DNA of 64,000 nt from Stylophora pistillata (lineage: Eukaryota). Made by a program: the position numbers and the translations under genes. Below are positions 1 to 12,816 of the stretch, one piece after another. Each line of letters begins with the position of its first letter. Positions within the stretch are counted from its first letter, which is position 1. A model generated the notes under the pieces. The model was not told where the DNA came from and did not search any database. It saw only the letters and a list, made by a program, of their open reading frames with translations. Where the stretch lies: contig NW_019218008.1 of NCBI RefSeq assembly GCF_002571385.2, positions 299,131 through 363,130 on the forward strand, written 5' to 3'.

Positions 1-99
1 TAGTTTAGTTTATTAGCTTCGCCGACAGGCAGGGACACCGCAACAGCTTGCGCCGATTACTGCGGTCCCAGTAAACCCACCCATCCCAGCCCAGGGTAG

Positions 100-292
100 G
101 ACATCCATCACACAGTAATCTCGTGTGTGGGAAATTAACGTCTCCTACCCCTAACCCTACAGGAGACGGGACCTCCATTTATTCGTCCCTATCCGAGAGG
201 ACTAGAATATCCAACCCTTTCTTGATGTTAAAGAAAGGCGGCATATTCTTCTCAATTATTTTAAGACCTTGAGTGTTGGTTCGGCCGGGGAC
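100..292 (-). mobile_element. tRNA-derived SINE fragment (same family as 34366-34760)
   Basis: Reverse complement matches the SINE body at 34440-34560 (ccggccgaaccaacactcaagg...ctagtcctctcggatagggacg). Confidence 0.75.
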
Positions 293-576
293 CAACTAAG
301 AAAGGTTATTCATCTCAGTCGTTTGTTTATTGTTAGCAAACGTTAATGTTTGTGGAAATGAGGCCATGGTTTGTTGTTGAATAACATGGACATCTGTCTT
401 TCAAGGGTTTAAAAAAAAATGCAACTCGTAAAGTTCCTTTGTACAATTTTGACAGATTCTTACGTTGTAAGGTGTGCTGTGACCGAAATGCCAAGCTTTT
501 TCTGGGACGGTGGTTAGCCTAGCGATTGAGACAGAAACATTAAGAGATATTTCCTGTTAATAGCTACTTCGTTTAC

Positions 577-3500
577 CTGTTTCGCTATTATTTTTACAAA
601 CCACTCCAGCATTAGTCCAATGCGCACTTCTGTATGTGATCAGTTCATAGGTACAGTTTGACAAAGACAGTTCGTTGCCAGTGCATTTCACACTGTCCAT
701 CCAGGTTAACGTGAAGTAACGTGGCGGGTAAAAACATTTATACAGAACTGTCAATACATCTGGGTACCCAAGCTGTCTGCAGGCGACGCGGCCATCTTCT
801 TGATCCCAGCCGAACATCCCAATCTGGCCCCAGATCCCTGCGTATTCCACTTGAACGCACCCAGCGTAAGGTACTGAGGCGTGGGCGAGACGAAGTGGTA
901 AGGGATGAGCTTAAAACAGACAAAGAAGTAAGTCTCATTGCACCAATGTTGATTCGTGCTTTCAATAAAAACTTTAAAGGAATGCATCTGTGCACGATTC
1001 TAAATGCATACTTCACATCCTTACAACTAAGATCTGATCAGAAATTAATAATAATAATAATTTCACAATAATAATTTAATATTTATATTGCGCAAATTAA
1101 CATATTTGGAAATGATCGAATGCGCATCACAACACTTTTCAAGGGAAATTTGCCGGACTGCATCAGCAGTTTACGATCAATGGAAGGAAACTTATTTGAA
1201 GATGTCCCCTCCCTCCCAATTCCCAGTAAACAGGCCAGACCACATCACAGTAACCTCGTGAGTGGGTTCTTTAACGTCCCCTGCCTAACCAAATTAACTA
1301 ATATATAGATGAAAGAGACGGGAACTACGGTTTATTCGTCCTTATCTGAGAAGACTAGAATGTCTATCCATTTCTTGATACTATAGAAAGGTAGCATATT
1401 CTCTTCAGTTATTTTAGGACCTTGAGTGTTGGTTCGACCGGAGCTCGAACCCTCGACCTCCCGCACAACAGTCCGGCGCTCTAACCAATTGGCCTAAGAG
1501 GGAGGTGGTTAACTTCCACAACGACTTGGTCTTCTTTGCAACTGCTCAGTCGAAGGAATTTCGCGCATAGGGGGAGTGTTGGGTGACATTCCAAAGAGCA
1601 ACGGCGAAGGGGACATCACGACCCGGATTTCATAATAGAAAAAAAAAGACACACAAGATCCAAAACAAACTTACTGACTGTCATGTTGAGTTTTTCACAG
1701 ACCACTCCCAAAGCACCTTTAAGCCCCTTTGTACAAGGAGCTCTTTCCCAGTTGTAATCACACTCAGCCAAGCTGCTTTCATTTCCATCACATCTGACAC
1801 TGGTCATCCCATAGCAAGTATTTCCAGGCCCAAAAGCATTATTACATGGGGTGGCAATGGCTTGTGGGTAACCAAGCTGTCTGCATATCACGTGGCCAAC
1901 ATTTATGTTTATACCGTAATCACAGACTCGACCCCAGTTTCCATTGTACTTCACTTCTACTCGGCCAGCATACGATCCTGGGCCATCAGTTAAGTTCACA
2001 GTTATCCTAAACGCTGAATTGCAATAAAAGAAAAAAAGATGAATATTGAAGTATTCATACGAAAATGAATAAAACAATACATAGTTTACTTCATGTGTAG
2101 TTAATTCTTACGTGCTGCCAAAACTAAAAATGATTTTGTAAAGCTAATAATTTGATTATATCAACAAAGTTGAAATGGTAAATTGGCCACCGTTGCGATT
2201 ATAAAAGCTGACGTTTCTAGCGTTAGCCCTTCGTCGGAGCGAATAGAGGAATTGTGGGTTGTGTGTGCTTATAAAGGCAGAAAATGGAGCTACGTGATTG
2301 GTGGGAACATAGCAATGAGAAAAACACGAATAAATTAGTGGAATGAAAAGCGTTCGTTGATACCCAGAGGAGAGTGATCACTTTCCACGTGATGTTCAGT
2401 AGCCAATCAGGTCACACCTAAACATCTTTTCACTTTTTGCGATTTGGAGAGAGGTATATACTAAAAGTTGAGGAATTTCGATTGGAAGACTTTACTTTGA
2501 CAGAAATAATTTTATACAGATTCAAAGATACATAAACGAAGATTGTTCGTGGCGAGAATTTTTTGAAGGTAAGATTTATTTGTGTTGTTTCTCTTCTCTC
2601 AAAGGAGAGGCAGTAAAATCGCCATAACTTGTAAATGTTAAGAGGTGCATTCGGGTTCATTGCAATATTTAGCTTCAGCATATATTCCAGCATCTTTCTC
2701 TGTCAATTTTGGGAGTATTCATCGCGTTTGATAGAAGTTAGAAGCATTTGAACACGAGCAAAATTTGTCCGAAGTTGAACGTTGTGCGTTATGACTAAGT
2801 CGTAGTAGTAGTGGCCGGGTGATCTGAGACTTGCAAAGAGCGCCACACGAAAAGATAGAACTATGGCTAAAAGAACTTCATAGAGATGCAAACAAATCGT
2901 CAAACTAGCTAAAATTACAGTATTCAGTTTAAGAAACTATGTTGGAGAAATTTTCAAGAGACAAAAATTCAATAAAAATAACAATATTTGCAGGAATGAG
3001 CAAACGTGGCTGTCAACCTCAGGGAGATACTCCGGGGAAAAAACAGATCTAAAATAAACAGGTGGAGTTCTTCAAGGAAAGTTTTGTTCGCTGAAAAAGA
3101 TGTTAGTAAATGACATTATGCTGCAAAAAATCGACACCAAACGCATTGGTAGTTGTGGCATCCATAAGAGAGCACGGCACCGAGAGCTCCGAACGCGGTG
3201 AAGGTCAGCTCAAATGAAGCGAGATTCTCTAAATCACCCATGATCCTTTCCGAACCGCGATCACCCTCCTCTGGTTGATACCTGTGGGATTTAGACTGCC
3301 GGTTTGAAAGATGAGCTTTTAATTTTTTAAAGAGTTTTACGGCTTTCCGTGCTACCTAAGTGTAAGGAAAGACCGCAGATTGCCATATGTTGTTTAGAAT
3401 GATTAGGTAAATTAAAATGTCTAGCGACTGGTTTCGATGTGTCCTTGTCATTCTCCTCCACGTCGCGAATGTCTTCTCGGAATCGATCACCAATAACGTA

Positions 3501-4182
3501 GCTCCATTTTCTGCCTTTAAAAGCACACACAACCCACAATTCCTCTATTCGCTCCGACGAAGGGCTAACGCTCGAAACGTCAGCTTTTATAATCGTAATG
3601 GTGGCCAATTTACCATTTCAACTTTGTTGATATATTCAAATTATTTCGTTACCCCGACCGACGCAGCCCCAAACAGTTTCTTTAGAAACTATCAGCCTTT
3701 ATTCATTTGCAAAGCTAAGCCGAGGTCACTTCAGATCCAGCTTTAAGGAGCTAATTATGAGAAGATGACACAAGCTTTCAGATTTTTAAATCAAAAACGG
3801 AAAGATCAGTCGCAGAAGTGGCATGCCTTTAAAAGGATATTACACAGAACCACCTAAAGAAGGCAAAGAAAGCATTGGCTTTGCCGCAAAAAAATTAAAA
3901 ATGAACCCTTTACACTCCAACATCAGTATGCATATTCTCCATACCGTTCTTTATACATTTCCTAATGTGCGGAGAAAGAGAATTTTTTTGAACAATCAAG
4001 CTTCTTTACTTGGTAATCATTTCCTTTATTCTTGTGACTTCAACGTTTGATACTGGGATGATATTTATTATAAGTAGAAGCTAGATGTTATTCACTCTTA
4101 AGGACAAAAGACGGAGTCAAACAAAAACATTACCTTGTGTCTCCAAAATTACCATGAAGAAACTGATCCATAAGCTGCACAT
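577..4182 (-). CDS. SRCR-domain (DMBT1-like scavenger receptor cysteine-rich) protein, 5' part; continues beyond the window start
   Basis: Exon 4182-4134 (MCSLWISFFMVILETQ, signal peptide-like, GT donor). Exon 2013-1675 (VNLTDGPGSYAGRVEVKYNGNWGRVCD...VICRQLGY...VRCDGNESSLAEC...GVVC). Exon 909-577 (LRLAHASVPYAGCVQVEYAGIWG...ACRQLGY...WMDSVKCTGNELSLSNC...AGVVC). All introns are GT-AG and phase 1. Confidence 0.9.
1235..1510 (-). mobile_element. tRNA-derived SINE
   Basis: The minus strand has an A/B-box-like head (ttggttagagcgccggactgttgtgcgggaggtcgagggttcgagctcc) followed by the same body as 34366-34760. Confidence 0.8.
2365..3273. mobile_element. Non-autonomous TIR DNA transposon (~909 bp) nested in the Penelope element
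   Basis: TIRs cagaggagagtgatc / gatcaccctcctctg (1 mismatch). Flanking direct repeat gttgatacc at 2356-2364 and 3274-3282. Confidence 0.8.
3548..3586 (+). ncRNA. Minimal type I hammerhead ribozyme motif (Penelope-type), CCGA core variant; second copy on minus at ~2205-2243
   Basis: gct-CCGACGA-a-gggc-taac-gctc-GAAA-cGTC-agc: core, 4-bp stem II, palindromic ACGT stem III and GUC triplet. Confidence 0.7.
3903..4105. repeat. Short interspersed MITE-like repeat (related copies ~8244-8412, ~16181-16385, ~25419-25594)
   Basis: Shared motifs (aacatcagtatgcatattctccatac, cactcttagg, aaacaaattctc) recur in both orientations. Confidence 0.55.
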
Positions 4183-7100
4183 GATTAGTTTACGTGGCTG
4201 AAAGAAATGACACAACATTATTTTAAAAGTTTCGTTGTGGGTGGCCATGGGCGCGCGGCCAGGCATTTTTCATACTCCCAGAATTCTAACCAATCTACGA
4301 CATTACACGTTGAATCAAAATCATATTTCTCCATTAATTCGCAGTCACATAGTGAGTGTTTAAGTGAAGAGAGAAAAGGACGAGTCGTGTCTCGTGACAC
4401 AGTCCTATTAGCCGTTAATTAAGAACTTATGTTAAGCCCTAAACTCGATACTCATCAGAATGTTCAGCTATCGATATGAGCTGGCAAGTGCACTCAAAAG
4501 TCAAAAGGGAAATGCCATGAAATGTCTCGAACGGAGGAAATATGTGCAGGCGGAATATCAAATTCCTACACTTGTTAATGGAAACTTGTCTTTTCAGTCG
4601 GCAGTTACTCTCAAGTTTTAAAAGCTGACAAATAAACAGGAAATTATATTTGCTTTCCAAACAAAGAATTGTTAGCCGTTCTATAGCCACTTCGATTCTT
4701 GATCGCCGATAACTCGATGGTTTAATTTAACAAAACTCAAACGCACGAAACAATATTTCGTTATTTTCAGCGAGGCAAAAGTAGCTCTACACGAACAGCA
4801 AAGCGATGAAAAATCTGCGGCTGCGATGTGGATAGAAAAACCTATCAAAGTATTTTGAAGAAGTCATCTGCACCACGCGATATCTGACGACAAAGAAAAT
4901 GAAGGGGCGTGTTTACAATAGAGTTTGTTATCATTCACGCTGTATAGCAAGAAGCTCGTGAAGATTTTTAAATTATTTGATTTTGAAACAGAAAGACTTA
5001 ACTATTTGACTGCAAGTGTGAGCGGAAGACACGACCCCACCACACCGTTTGCAAGTTTTCTCATGAGTTAACAATAGCAGAGAGAAAGATTTGCAACCAC
5101 ATGGCCACATCGAAAGCGAATAGTAACGGAGGCTTTATTAACGTACAGAAAACCAAGTACACTTTACTCACCCACCGATCGTCAAATATCCACAGAAATC
5201 GGAACAATTGGTAATAAATGGCACAACAGTTTCCTTCTGAAACAAAAATCACAGCTTGTAGCGGTTGTTCTGAAGTAACCTTTTAACCCTCGGCATGTAA
5301 TACGAATAAAGGTTTTAATTCAGTATGCCGCCGGTGTCAATCAGTCACACTGACTTTGCACTCGCGTCCAAGCCCACTCCTGCGAGTCACCCCTCAGGCA
5401 CCCAAGATCGTTTTACAAGGAAAGAAAACCTGACCCGTTTTTTAATGTGTTTCTCTATCACCGGTGTTGTTTTTGAGTCGATTCAGCGTGATAATTAATT
5501 CATACTGTTTCGAGTTTAACTTTCAATGTAGGGTTCTAAACGCAAACTTTTTCTCGTTCGAGTATATTGAGCTTGGGTCATCTGTGGTTTCTCCCCTTAT
5601 CGCCAAGTGCCTGTTTAGGGACCTTTGGATATATTGTTTGAGAGATAATAAACCGCGTATTTTCCATTTGCACTGTAAAGTACTACTGAAAACCATTCAA
5701 ATAAAATTCAGTAACGTCCATTCTTCATAACTACTGATGGACTGTTTAATGTTTATCCTCAAAGAGGCGAAAGGGTTGATGGTCATAACTCCATGATCAA
5801 GACTTAACTCACCACCTTTCAATTAACTTTCAGTATAGTGTCGGCGTATTTACCATATTTAGTGATGTGTTTAGAGAGCCAACCTCCACTTAATGAAAAA
5901 ATTTATCTGAAATCTGCGTGATAAGATAACTGAATGAAGAGAACTTGCGATGTTCAAGTCCTCTTTACCGGAGAGAATGCCTACTACCACGATAGGTAAC
6001 AGAAATGTGATAAAAGAAGAGAATAGATTGATCCTGAGCTAATTGCAACGCGAGAAAACCAGTGAAAGTAACTGACACGATTGACACGAACGCGAAACGT
6101 AAAAAAAATCATCTGGGTTGTTCCCCCGAGGATTCGAACCCAACTTAGTTCGATTTCAAGATGTCTGGGATTTTCTACCGACTTAAATTTACTCTCTTTG
6201 TTACGTCTTCCAGCGAAAAATAAAACTCTTATTTATCACACGCCCCTCTCAGACTGTCAAATCAGACGGTGATTTCGGAAAAAGCTGTCTGATTGTAGAA
6301 AGGACTTGAGTCCTCAGTATTGACTTTGTTTGTTACAAAAGACAAGCATAATGTACACGATGATTTCTGTAAAAATAAACATAATGACTTTTCACAAGAA
6401 ATATGTATCTTAAAAGTAAACCAAACTATTCTCAAACTATTTTAACAACCTCGTTTCAATCATTGTTGATAAACGAAATAGAGAGAATACAGATAATGAA
6501 AATTGTTGCATGAATTCACCTATTGTCTGGCTTATTGTCAGGTATTTCACAAGCTTTAGGAATTTAATTCTCAGTGACTTTATTTGGGTTTCGCGTCAGT
6601 TGATGTACAGTTTCCCTGTCACGCCACTTATACTAGAACAGATTCCGCAAATTCTTCTGTAAAAGTTTCCACCTCTAGAAAACAATCTATTCTTTCGCGA
6701 TCAAAGTATTTTGCAATTAAGAAAACGATTCAGCGATGTCAAGCAGTATTCGAACTGGATGAACAATGGAAAGTTTATTGAATCGAGTTAAAATTTAAAA
6801 AGTAAAACTTTTCATAAGCTTTCTTTGTTGGACTACCGGATACCGTGCTTTAGATGCAAATATTATGACGAAGCTTGGTAATTATGTTGTGTTATTTCAA
6901 CTAACGCCATTTGATTACTTTCCCACGCTACGAATTGTTGCAATCACGTAACACTTTCAGTATCTAGTATTATTAGATATTCATCAGATAAACGTATGTG
7001 GTAAGAACATGACATTCTTGTTACTTTATCAAGTTTTCATTCTTTAAATGCTGTAATTTTCGTATCATGGCTACACAACTTTAGTCACGCAAAATCCAAT

Positions 7101-8529
7101 TGTTTAGTTTGTGTGTTTGATTAAGCATGCAGCGTTTAGACAAAATTATTGCATCTCTTAGGACTAAACCGAAGCTTGCTACACCCAAACCTTCTGGATT
7201 GTAAGGCACCTTGCAAACTGCGCTAACTACAAATCTTTTTCCATTCAACCTCCAGAAGTAATTCCCAAATCTGTATTATCATAAAATCGTCACTACTTGG
7301 TTTTTTTTTAAATATTTAAATATTCGTTCGACAAGAACATAGCAGATTATCAATATCCAAAAAGCCTTTGCTTATTGTTAAATTTCCCAAGGGTATAAAT
7401 GTTAAGTAACTGAGCTATCTGCAATAAAACTAACTCCATACCCTATTTCGGAGTCTTCCTCGAATCATGAAACTTTCTTGAACCTCGTGATGCGTTCAGC
7501 AATAGGGCAAAATTTTGAAGTCGATCGATAATTACTTGCGCAGCAACATTTTTCACACGGCCAGTAACTTCCTTTGCAGCGAATCTGTTAATATAGCTGT
7601 GGTGCGTCGTTTGAAGATTCCGTCCACTTCGTAAAGTGAAGCGAAGTTCATTAATTTGGCCTCTTCGTCCTAATTACTAAGTGAAGAGGAGAACTGGTGA
7701 CTAGCACATTTAACGATTCCAGTGTTCCTCGTAACTTTGCTAATATCCAGACTAACCAATCGATTTTGGGGGCTTTTTAGATAACCAACCGAAAAACTGG
7801 TAGAAATTATTGAAAAGTTTAAAATTACTTCCGACAAATTTAGATATGGTGCAAAGAAATACCTAGGGAAAAGGTTAAGCTTGTTTATCACAGCTTGTTT
7901 GGCCTTAGCCGGCCAACAGATCCTACATATCACGGGTAATGTTAATTATCAGAGGTCATTTTCAAGTCAATCAGTGTTGGTACACACGTGTTAGGTTTGC
8001 TGTTGATTGTAACCAACCAGAACAATTCTTATTTCTTCTTCTCAATAACGGCTGGGAAATGCCTTCCAAAAAGACTGAATCGCTTCTCAGAATTAACAAT
8101 TTTAAATTCCACCGGTCTTAAACTGAATAATCTTGACGGCTTAAATTGATGAGCATGTTATGCTCAGCCAATCAAGCCTTTTGATGATAGCTTTGTAGTG
8201 CAAACGCAGGAAGAAACTCTAAAACAAGTCAAGAATTTTCAACTTCTAACCCCTAAGAGTGACTATATATATTCAGTATATACAGAAAAAAGGAAACGAT
8301 CACCAGTTTACAAGCTCCTGATTGTTAAACAAATTCTCCTTGTTAGTTCTGTTGGGGACGTTAATTTAACAGTGTGGAGAATATGAATAATTATGCTACG
8401 ATAGAAAGGGTTCGAGGACGTGACTTAAACACTGTTGATAGTTTGAGAGCACAAAATACATGAATAACAAAAAAAAAAGAAAAATTTTTTTTTTTTTCGA
8501 ACTTAAATTTTAAGAATATTATGTGTCGT

Positions 8530-8979
8530 ATGATGTGCGATCCTCGCAGTAGATAGCGCTATTTATGCAATAGCGAAAATCAGACCTGAAAAAAATCAGG
8601 CCTGTACGGGACTCGAACCACTGACCTCTGCGATACTAGTGCAGCGCTCTACCAATTGAGCTAACAAGCCAACTGGGAGCAGGCCGTTAAGTTGATTCGT
8701 AATAAACCCGTGAAAGTGAGGGTTTATTACGAATTCACTTTCACGGGTTTATTACGAATCAACTTAACGGCCTGCTCCCAGTTGGCTTGTTAGCTCAATT
8801 GGTAGAGCGCTGCACTAGTATCGCAGAGGTCAGTGGTTCGAGTCCCGTACAGGCCTGATTTTTTTCAGGTCTGATTTTCGCTATTGCATAAATAGCGCTA
8901 TCTACTGCGAGGATCGGTCATCATACGTATCTAATACCGCAGTTCAAAATATATGAACTTCATATATTCATTGCATCTC
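8530..8979. mobile_element. tRNA-Thr(AGT)-like retroposon inserted as a perfect 182-bp inverted repeat with a 14-bp TSD
   Basis: Arms 8538-8719 and 8735-8916 are exact reverse complements. TSD atattatgtgtcgt at 8516-8529 and 8980-8993. Confidence 0.85.
8784..8856 (+). tRNA. tRNA-Thr(AGT)-like sequence inside a repeat (probably not a functional tRNA); mirror copy on minus at 8598-8670
   Basis: GGCTTGT TA GCTC AATTGGTA GAGC G CTGCA CT-AGT-AT CGCAG AGGTC AGTGG TTCGAGT CCCGT ACAGGCC T. It folds as a cloverleaf with mismatches in the anticodon and T stems and is followed by a T7 tract. Confidence 0.5.
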
Positions 8980-10333
8980 ATATTATGTGTCGTTAATTAT
9001 CATGAACAATAAATGATAATAGAATAATAAGCTTAAGATAATCCTGAAATAACGATTTGGTATTCACTAACCGTACGTGCTAAAGAGTCATAACTATTAA
9101 AGATAAGAAGTCGTGATAAACAATCATTTTCCCTTTCTATGCCTTTATATTTGACTTACTACCGCAGGGGAAGGAAAACACATAATGCATTGAATATATG
9201 TAGAAGGAAAAAGTCAGAAATTCATCATTTCAATTACGATTTATTCATTTACTCATTTTCTTCAACAGAAACGCTAGGTTTTGAAGGTGAAATCGGATCA
9301 AGTAATTTTTACATGACTGTCAGTGTTGCCATTTTCATAGAAATTTCAGAGCTGACTGCTGGGGTCCCTGGGTAGGTTCTCATGTTTATTTTCCCATTTC
9401 ACACGTAACTTGGGCGCAGACTTATCATTTTGTTTTATTATTTTTTCTTTAGCTCAAAACCACAAAAAACGAATGATCTCTCTTCGATTTACTTTAACCT
9501 TTTCTTTAAACTTTTTTCAGTGTAATTGATGATTATTTTAATAGAAAGACATTTACAGTTATGAACAAAACACAAACTTATCAAACTTAAATTCTTCATG
9601 GATCGACGTCGCTTACAAAATAATCCTTGAAGCAGAGCGGAAAAAAGGCTTTAGGTAACTTCTTCGGATTGAACCGAGTAAAGGATATTATTTTCAGGAC
9701 TTTCCCAGTGTAGAATGTACCGCTGAGAAATAGAAACGAAATCGTAATATTGCATGGGCACTGATAATTATGCAATGGCGACTGTGATTATATGAATGTG
9801 ATAATTTAAACAATTGAATATCGTTTGCTGAGAGTACTGAATGCCGAAATCAAATCAAGCTTGTTTGGATGAGATTTTTTTGGGGGGAGATTTTAAGCTG
9901 TTAGGTTACGAAGCAGTTGCCATAATTCTGAATTTCCTAAATGGTAGTCAATATGATATGCAAAATACTTAAGATTTAATGAAACAGCGGAAGGCTTCCG
10001 CAGTAGGAAGTGGATTGAATATCTGAAAACCTTATTTATAAGCTCTCAGTTCAGAAACTCGCTTGAAAATTCCGAGGTTTAACTGTTGGCTTATTTTTCC
10101 AAATGATAATTTTGACTGTTAGTAAGTATGGAGTTAGAGTGTTAACGTGTTCACGGTTACTACTCCGCTAAACCAAATCAACAAAAAACATAATTAAATA
10201 CCATGCATACGGCTGGTTTCGAGAAAGCATGTTAGGAAAAAGGAGAAAGTATACGCGATAGTCTCAAAAGGTGTTCTGTATGTCAGGTAATCAATGATGA
10301 TTTTTGATAAATAAAAACAAGGAAAAATTCATC

Positions 10334-10500
10334 GAAAATCGGACACTAGTGTTCAAAGTCTCAAATCGGACGCTAGTGTCCAAAGTCTAAAATTGGACGC
10401 TAGTGTTCAAAATGTGACACTACTGTTGAAAATCTAAAGTCGGGTACTGATGTCCAAAATTTAAAATTAGTGTCTAAAATGTAAAATCGGAGATTAGAGT
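10334..10500. repeat. Degenerate ~27-bp tandem repeat
   Basis: aaatcggac(a/g)ctagtgt(t/c)caaagtct repeated about 3 times cleanly, then decaying. Confidence 0.65.
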
Positions 10501-11105
10501 GACGTTTCCTCAGATTTTCCCGAATCCTGAGGCAGAGGAACCGTGACACGAAAACTACCCATAATGTCTTCCAAAGTTGTTGCGTGAACTTTTTCGCTTT
10601 TTTTCTGACAATCTTTCTCAAAACAGCTCTTCATGGGCGTTTTCACATAGAGTGTCAAAATTGATGTGGGGCTAAGTGGATGGCAACATTCCTAACCAGT
10701 TATTTTGCTTTATTTATATTTGTCCAGTCTTGCAGGGTCAGCAGAAATTAATCGGCATGTACATGGGGCATCTTCTGTTGGTACAAAGTATACTTCTTGC
10801 ATTTGGAGGTGAAAATTTCAGCACAAGAATTTTAGAACACGTCTTATTATAAATCTTGGGTGAATAAGCTGGTTGCACTAAATTATATACGAAGATATTT
10901 GTTTATATTAAATGTTTAAGCTGTTTTCGTTAACTTCTTAAAGGTAAGCCAGGAGAGGTTATGGAAAGAGGAACGTAGGGAATTATAAATCTGCTCATCA
11001 TATGATCTTGATCTTTAATGAGGGTGCTCCACTCATGCAAACACGGTTTTCAGGGAGGTCCTAACTAAATGTCAAAAAATATAAATAAATAAATAATAAG
11101 GATAT

Positions 11106-11330
11106 TTAACAATTATTATACGAACGCGTGTTGGATATGAGGTGATAGAAAGCCAATTAGGCGCGTAGCGCCGAGTTGGCTGTAATCATTTCATATCCAA
11201 TAAGCGCGAGTGGGATAATTGTTTTATTAAAAACGTTAAATTTAATTAAATTTTATTCAATTTTTAGCTCCTTTTAATTTTAAGCTGACACGTACGCTTG
11301 CCATATTTATAGATTATGGTATATTGGCTG

Positions 11331-11385
<55 letters not shown>

Positions 11386-11400
11386 TAGTTTTTAATAATG
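11106..11400 (+). mobile_element. Hairpin-headed non-autonomous element (second copy inverted at ~37992-38290)
   Basis: ~118-nt imperfect palindrome (aacaattatt...ataattgtt, centre ggcgc-gta-gcgcc) plus a ~175-nt body. The reverse complement matches 37992-38290. Confidence 0.75.
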
Positions 11401-11787
11401 ATAATTATAAAACAGATTGAAAAACCTGGGTCATAAAAGGTATAGTAATATTCCCATGTTTATTTCCGTTTTGGACAACATTCCAGATAAAGTAAATTCA
11501 ACAACGGTCAGAGAAGTTTCATAGTTGTAACACCTGCTAGTATAATATGACAGCCACCATACAATGATGCGACCATACTCGCGTGGTGGCATTAACTTAG
11601 GATATGAATTGGAAGAAACCTAAAAACATTGCTCAGAAAAAAAAAACGTTTGATGCTTTGTCCTACCTAAGAAAAGCGAAAATCAAATCACTGTAAGCTG
11701 GCAGGTTTCGCAAGATTCTATCGTGCCTCGTTCGGAAGTCTCCTTAATATAATATTCTTGGCGTATCGGGTAATTCGTGTGCACACC

Positions 11788-12420
11788 NNNNNNNNNNNNN
11801 NNNNNNNNNNNNNNNNNNNNNNNNNNNNNNNNNNNNNNNNNNNNNNNNNNNNNNNNNNNNNNNNNNNNNNNNNNNNNNNNNNNNNNNNNNNNNNNNNNNN
11901 NNNNNNNNNNNNNNNNNNNNNNNNNNNNNNNNNNNNNNNNNNNNNNNNNNNNNNNNNNNNNNNNNNNNNNNNNNNNNNNNNNNNNNNNNNNNNNNNNNNN
12001 NNNNNNNNNNNNNNNNNNNNNNNNNNNNNNNNNNNNNNNNNNNNNNNNNNNNNNNNNNNNNNNNNNNNNNNNNNNNNNNNNNNNNNNNNNNNNNNNNNNN
12101 NNNNNNNNNNNNNNNNNNNNNNNNNNNNNNNNNNNNNNNNNNNNNNNNNNNNNNNNNNNNNNNNNNNNNNNNNNNNNNNNNNNNNNNNNNNNNNNNNNNN
12201 NNNNNNNNNNNNNNNNNNNNNNNNNNNNNNNNNNNNNNNNNNNNNNNNNNNNNNNNNNNNNNNNNNNNNNNNNNNNNNNNNNNNNNNNNNNNNNNNNNNN
12301 NNNNNNNNNNNNNNNNNNNNNNNNNNNNNNNNNNNNNNNNNNNNNNNNNNNNNNNNNNNNNNNNNNNNNNNNNNNNNNNNNNNNNNNNNNNNNNNNNNNN
12401 NNNNNNNNNNNNNNNNNNNN
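11788..12420. other. Assembly gap (N run)
   Basis: Run of n. Confidence 1.
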
Positions 12421-12816
12421 GTTTGTTTCTAGTATTGGAATCAAGCCTATTTTTAAACAGACACGATGTCACAAGTATTAGGAAAATAGCTTTAAATTGC
12501 GAAACTCAAAATTACGCTCGCGGCTTGACAATTATTACATCCCTTTGTGGACACTAATGTCCCATTTTGAGCACCAGTGTACGATTTTAGACACAAGCTG
12601 GCTAAAAACATGCTGATCACAATTTTGTTGAAAGTTGAGAAATTATGCCAGTACAATCTGAAGGGGTTTATCCTCCCCCGGAAATAAAAAATTTCCAACG
12701 GGATATAACCTTTCTGTTTCTCTGAATTCGCGAAAATCATGTAATTAATAAACCATTGTTATGTACCATCGTCTTAAGTTTCTTCTCATCTCTCTCTTCA
12801 TCCTTTGGGGCCACAG

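Larger units (their letters stand above)
2150..3705. mobile_element. Penelope-like retroelement remnant with inverted terminal repeat, GIY-YIG C-terminus and hammerhead motifs, interrupted by a nested TIR element
   Basis: Minus 3490-3275 encodes DRFREDIRDVEENDKDTSKPVARHFNLPNHSKQHMAICGLSLHLGSTESRKTL...NPTGIN, typical of the Penelope GIY-YIG end. 2155-2305 (minus) and 3490-3640 (plus) are inverted copies of the same terminal sequence. Confidence 0.85.

Noticed and set aside
4400-8200. Short ORFs in the intergenic region
   Set aside because: They show no recognisable domains or consistent splice structure.
8535-8585. HDV-like or hammerhead ribozyme in the tRNA-like element (tcctcgc; stem followed by gaaa)
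   Set aside because: There is no P3 pairing around tcctcgc and no CUGANGA before the stem. A non-canonical ribozyme remains untested.
11683-12481. Long ORFs of X residues
   Set aside because: They are artefacts of the N gap.
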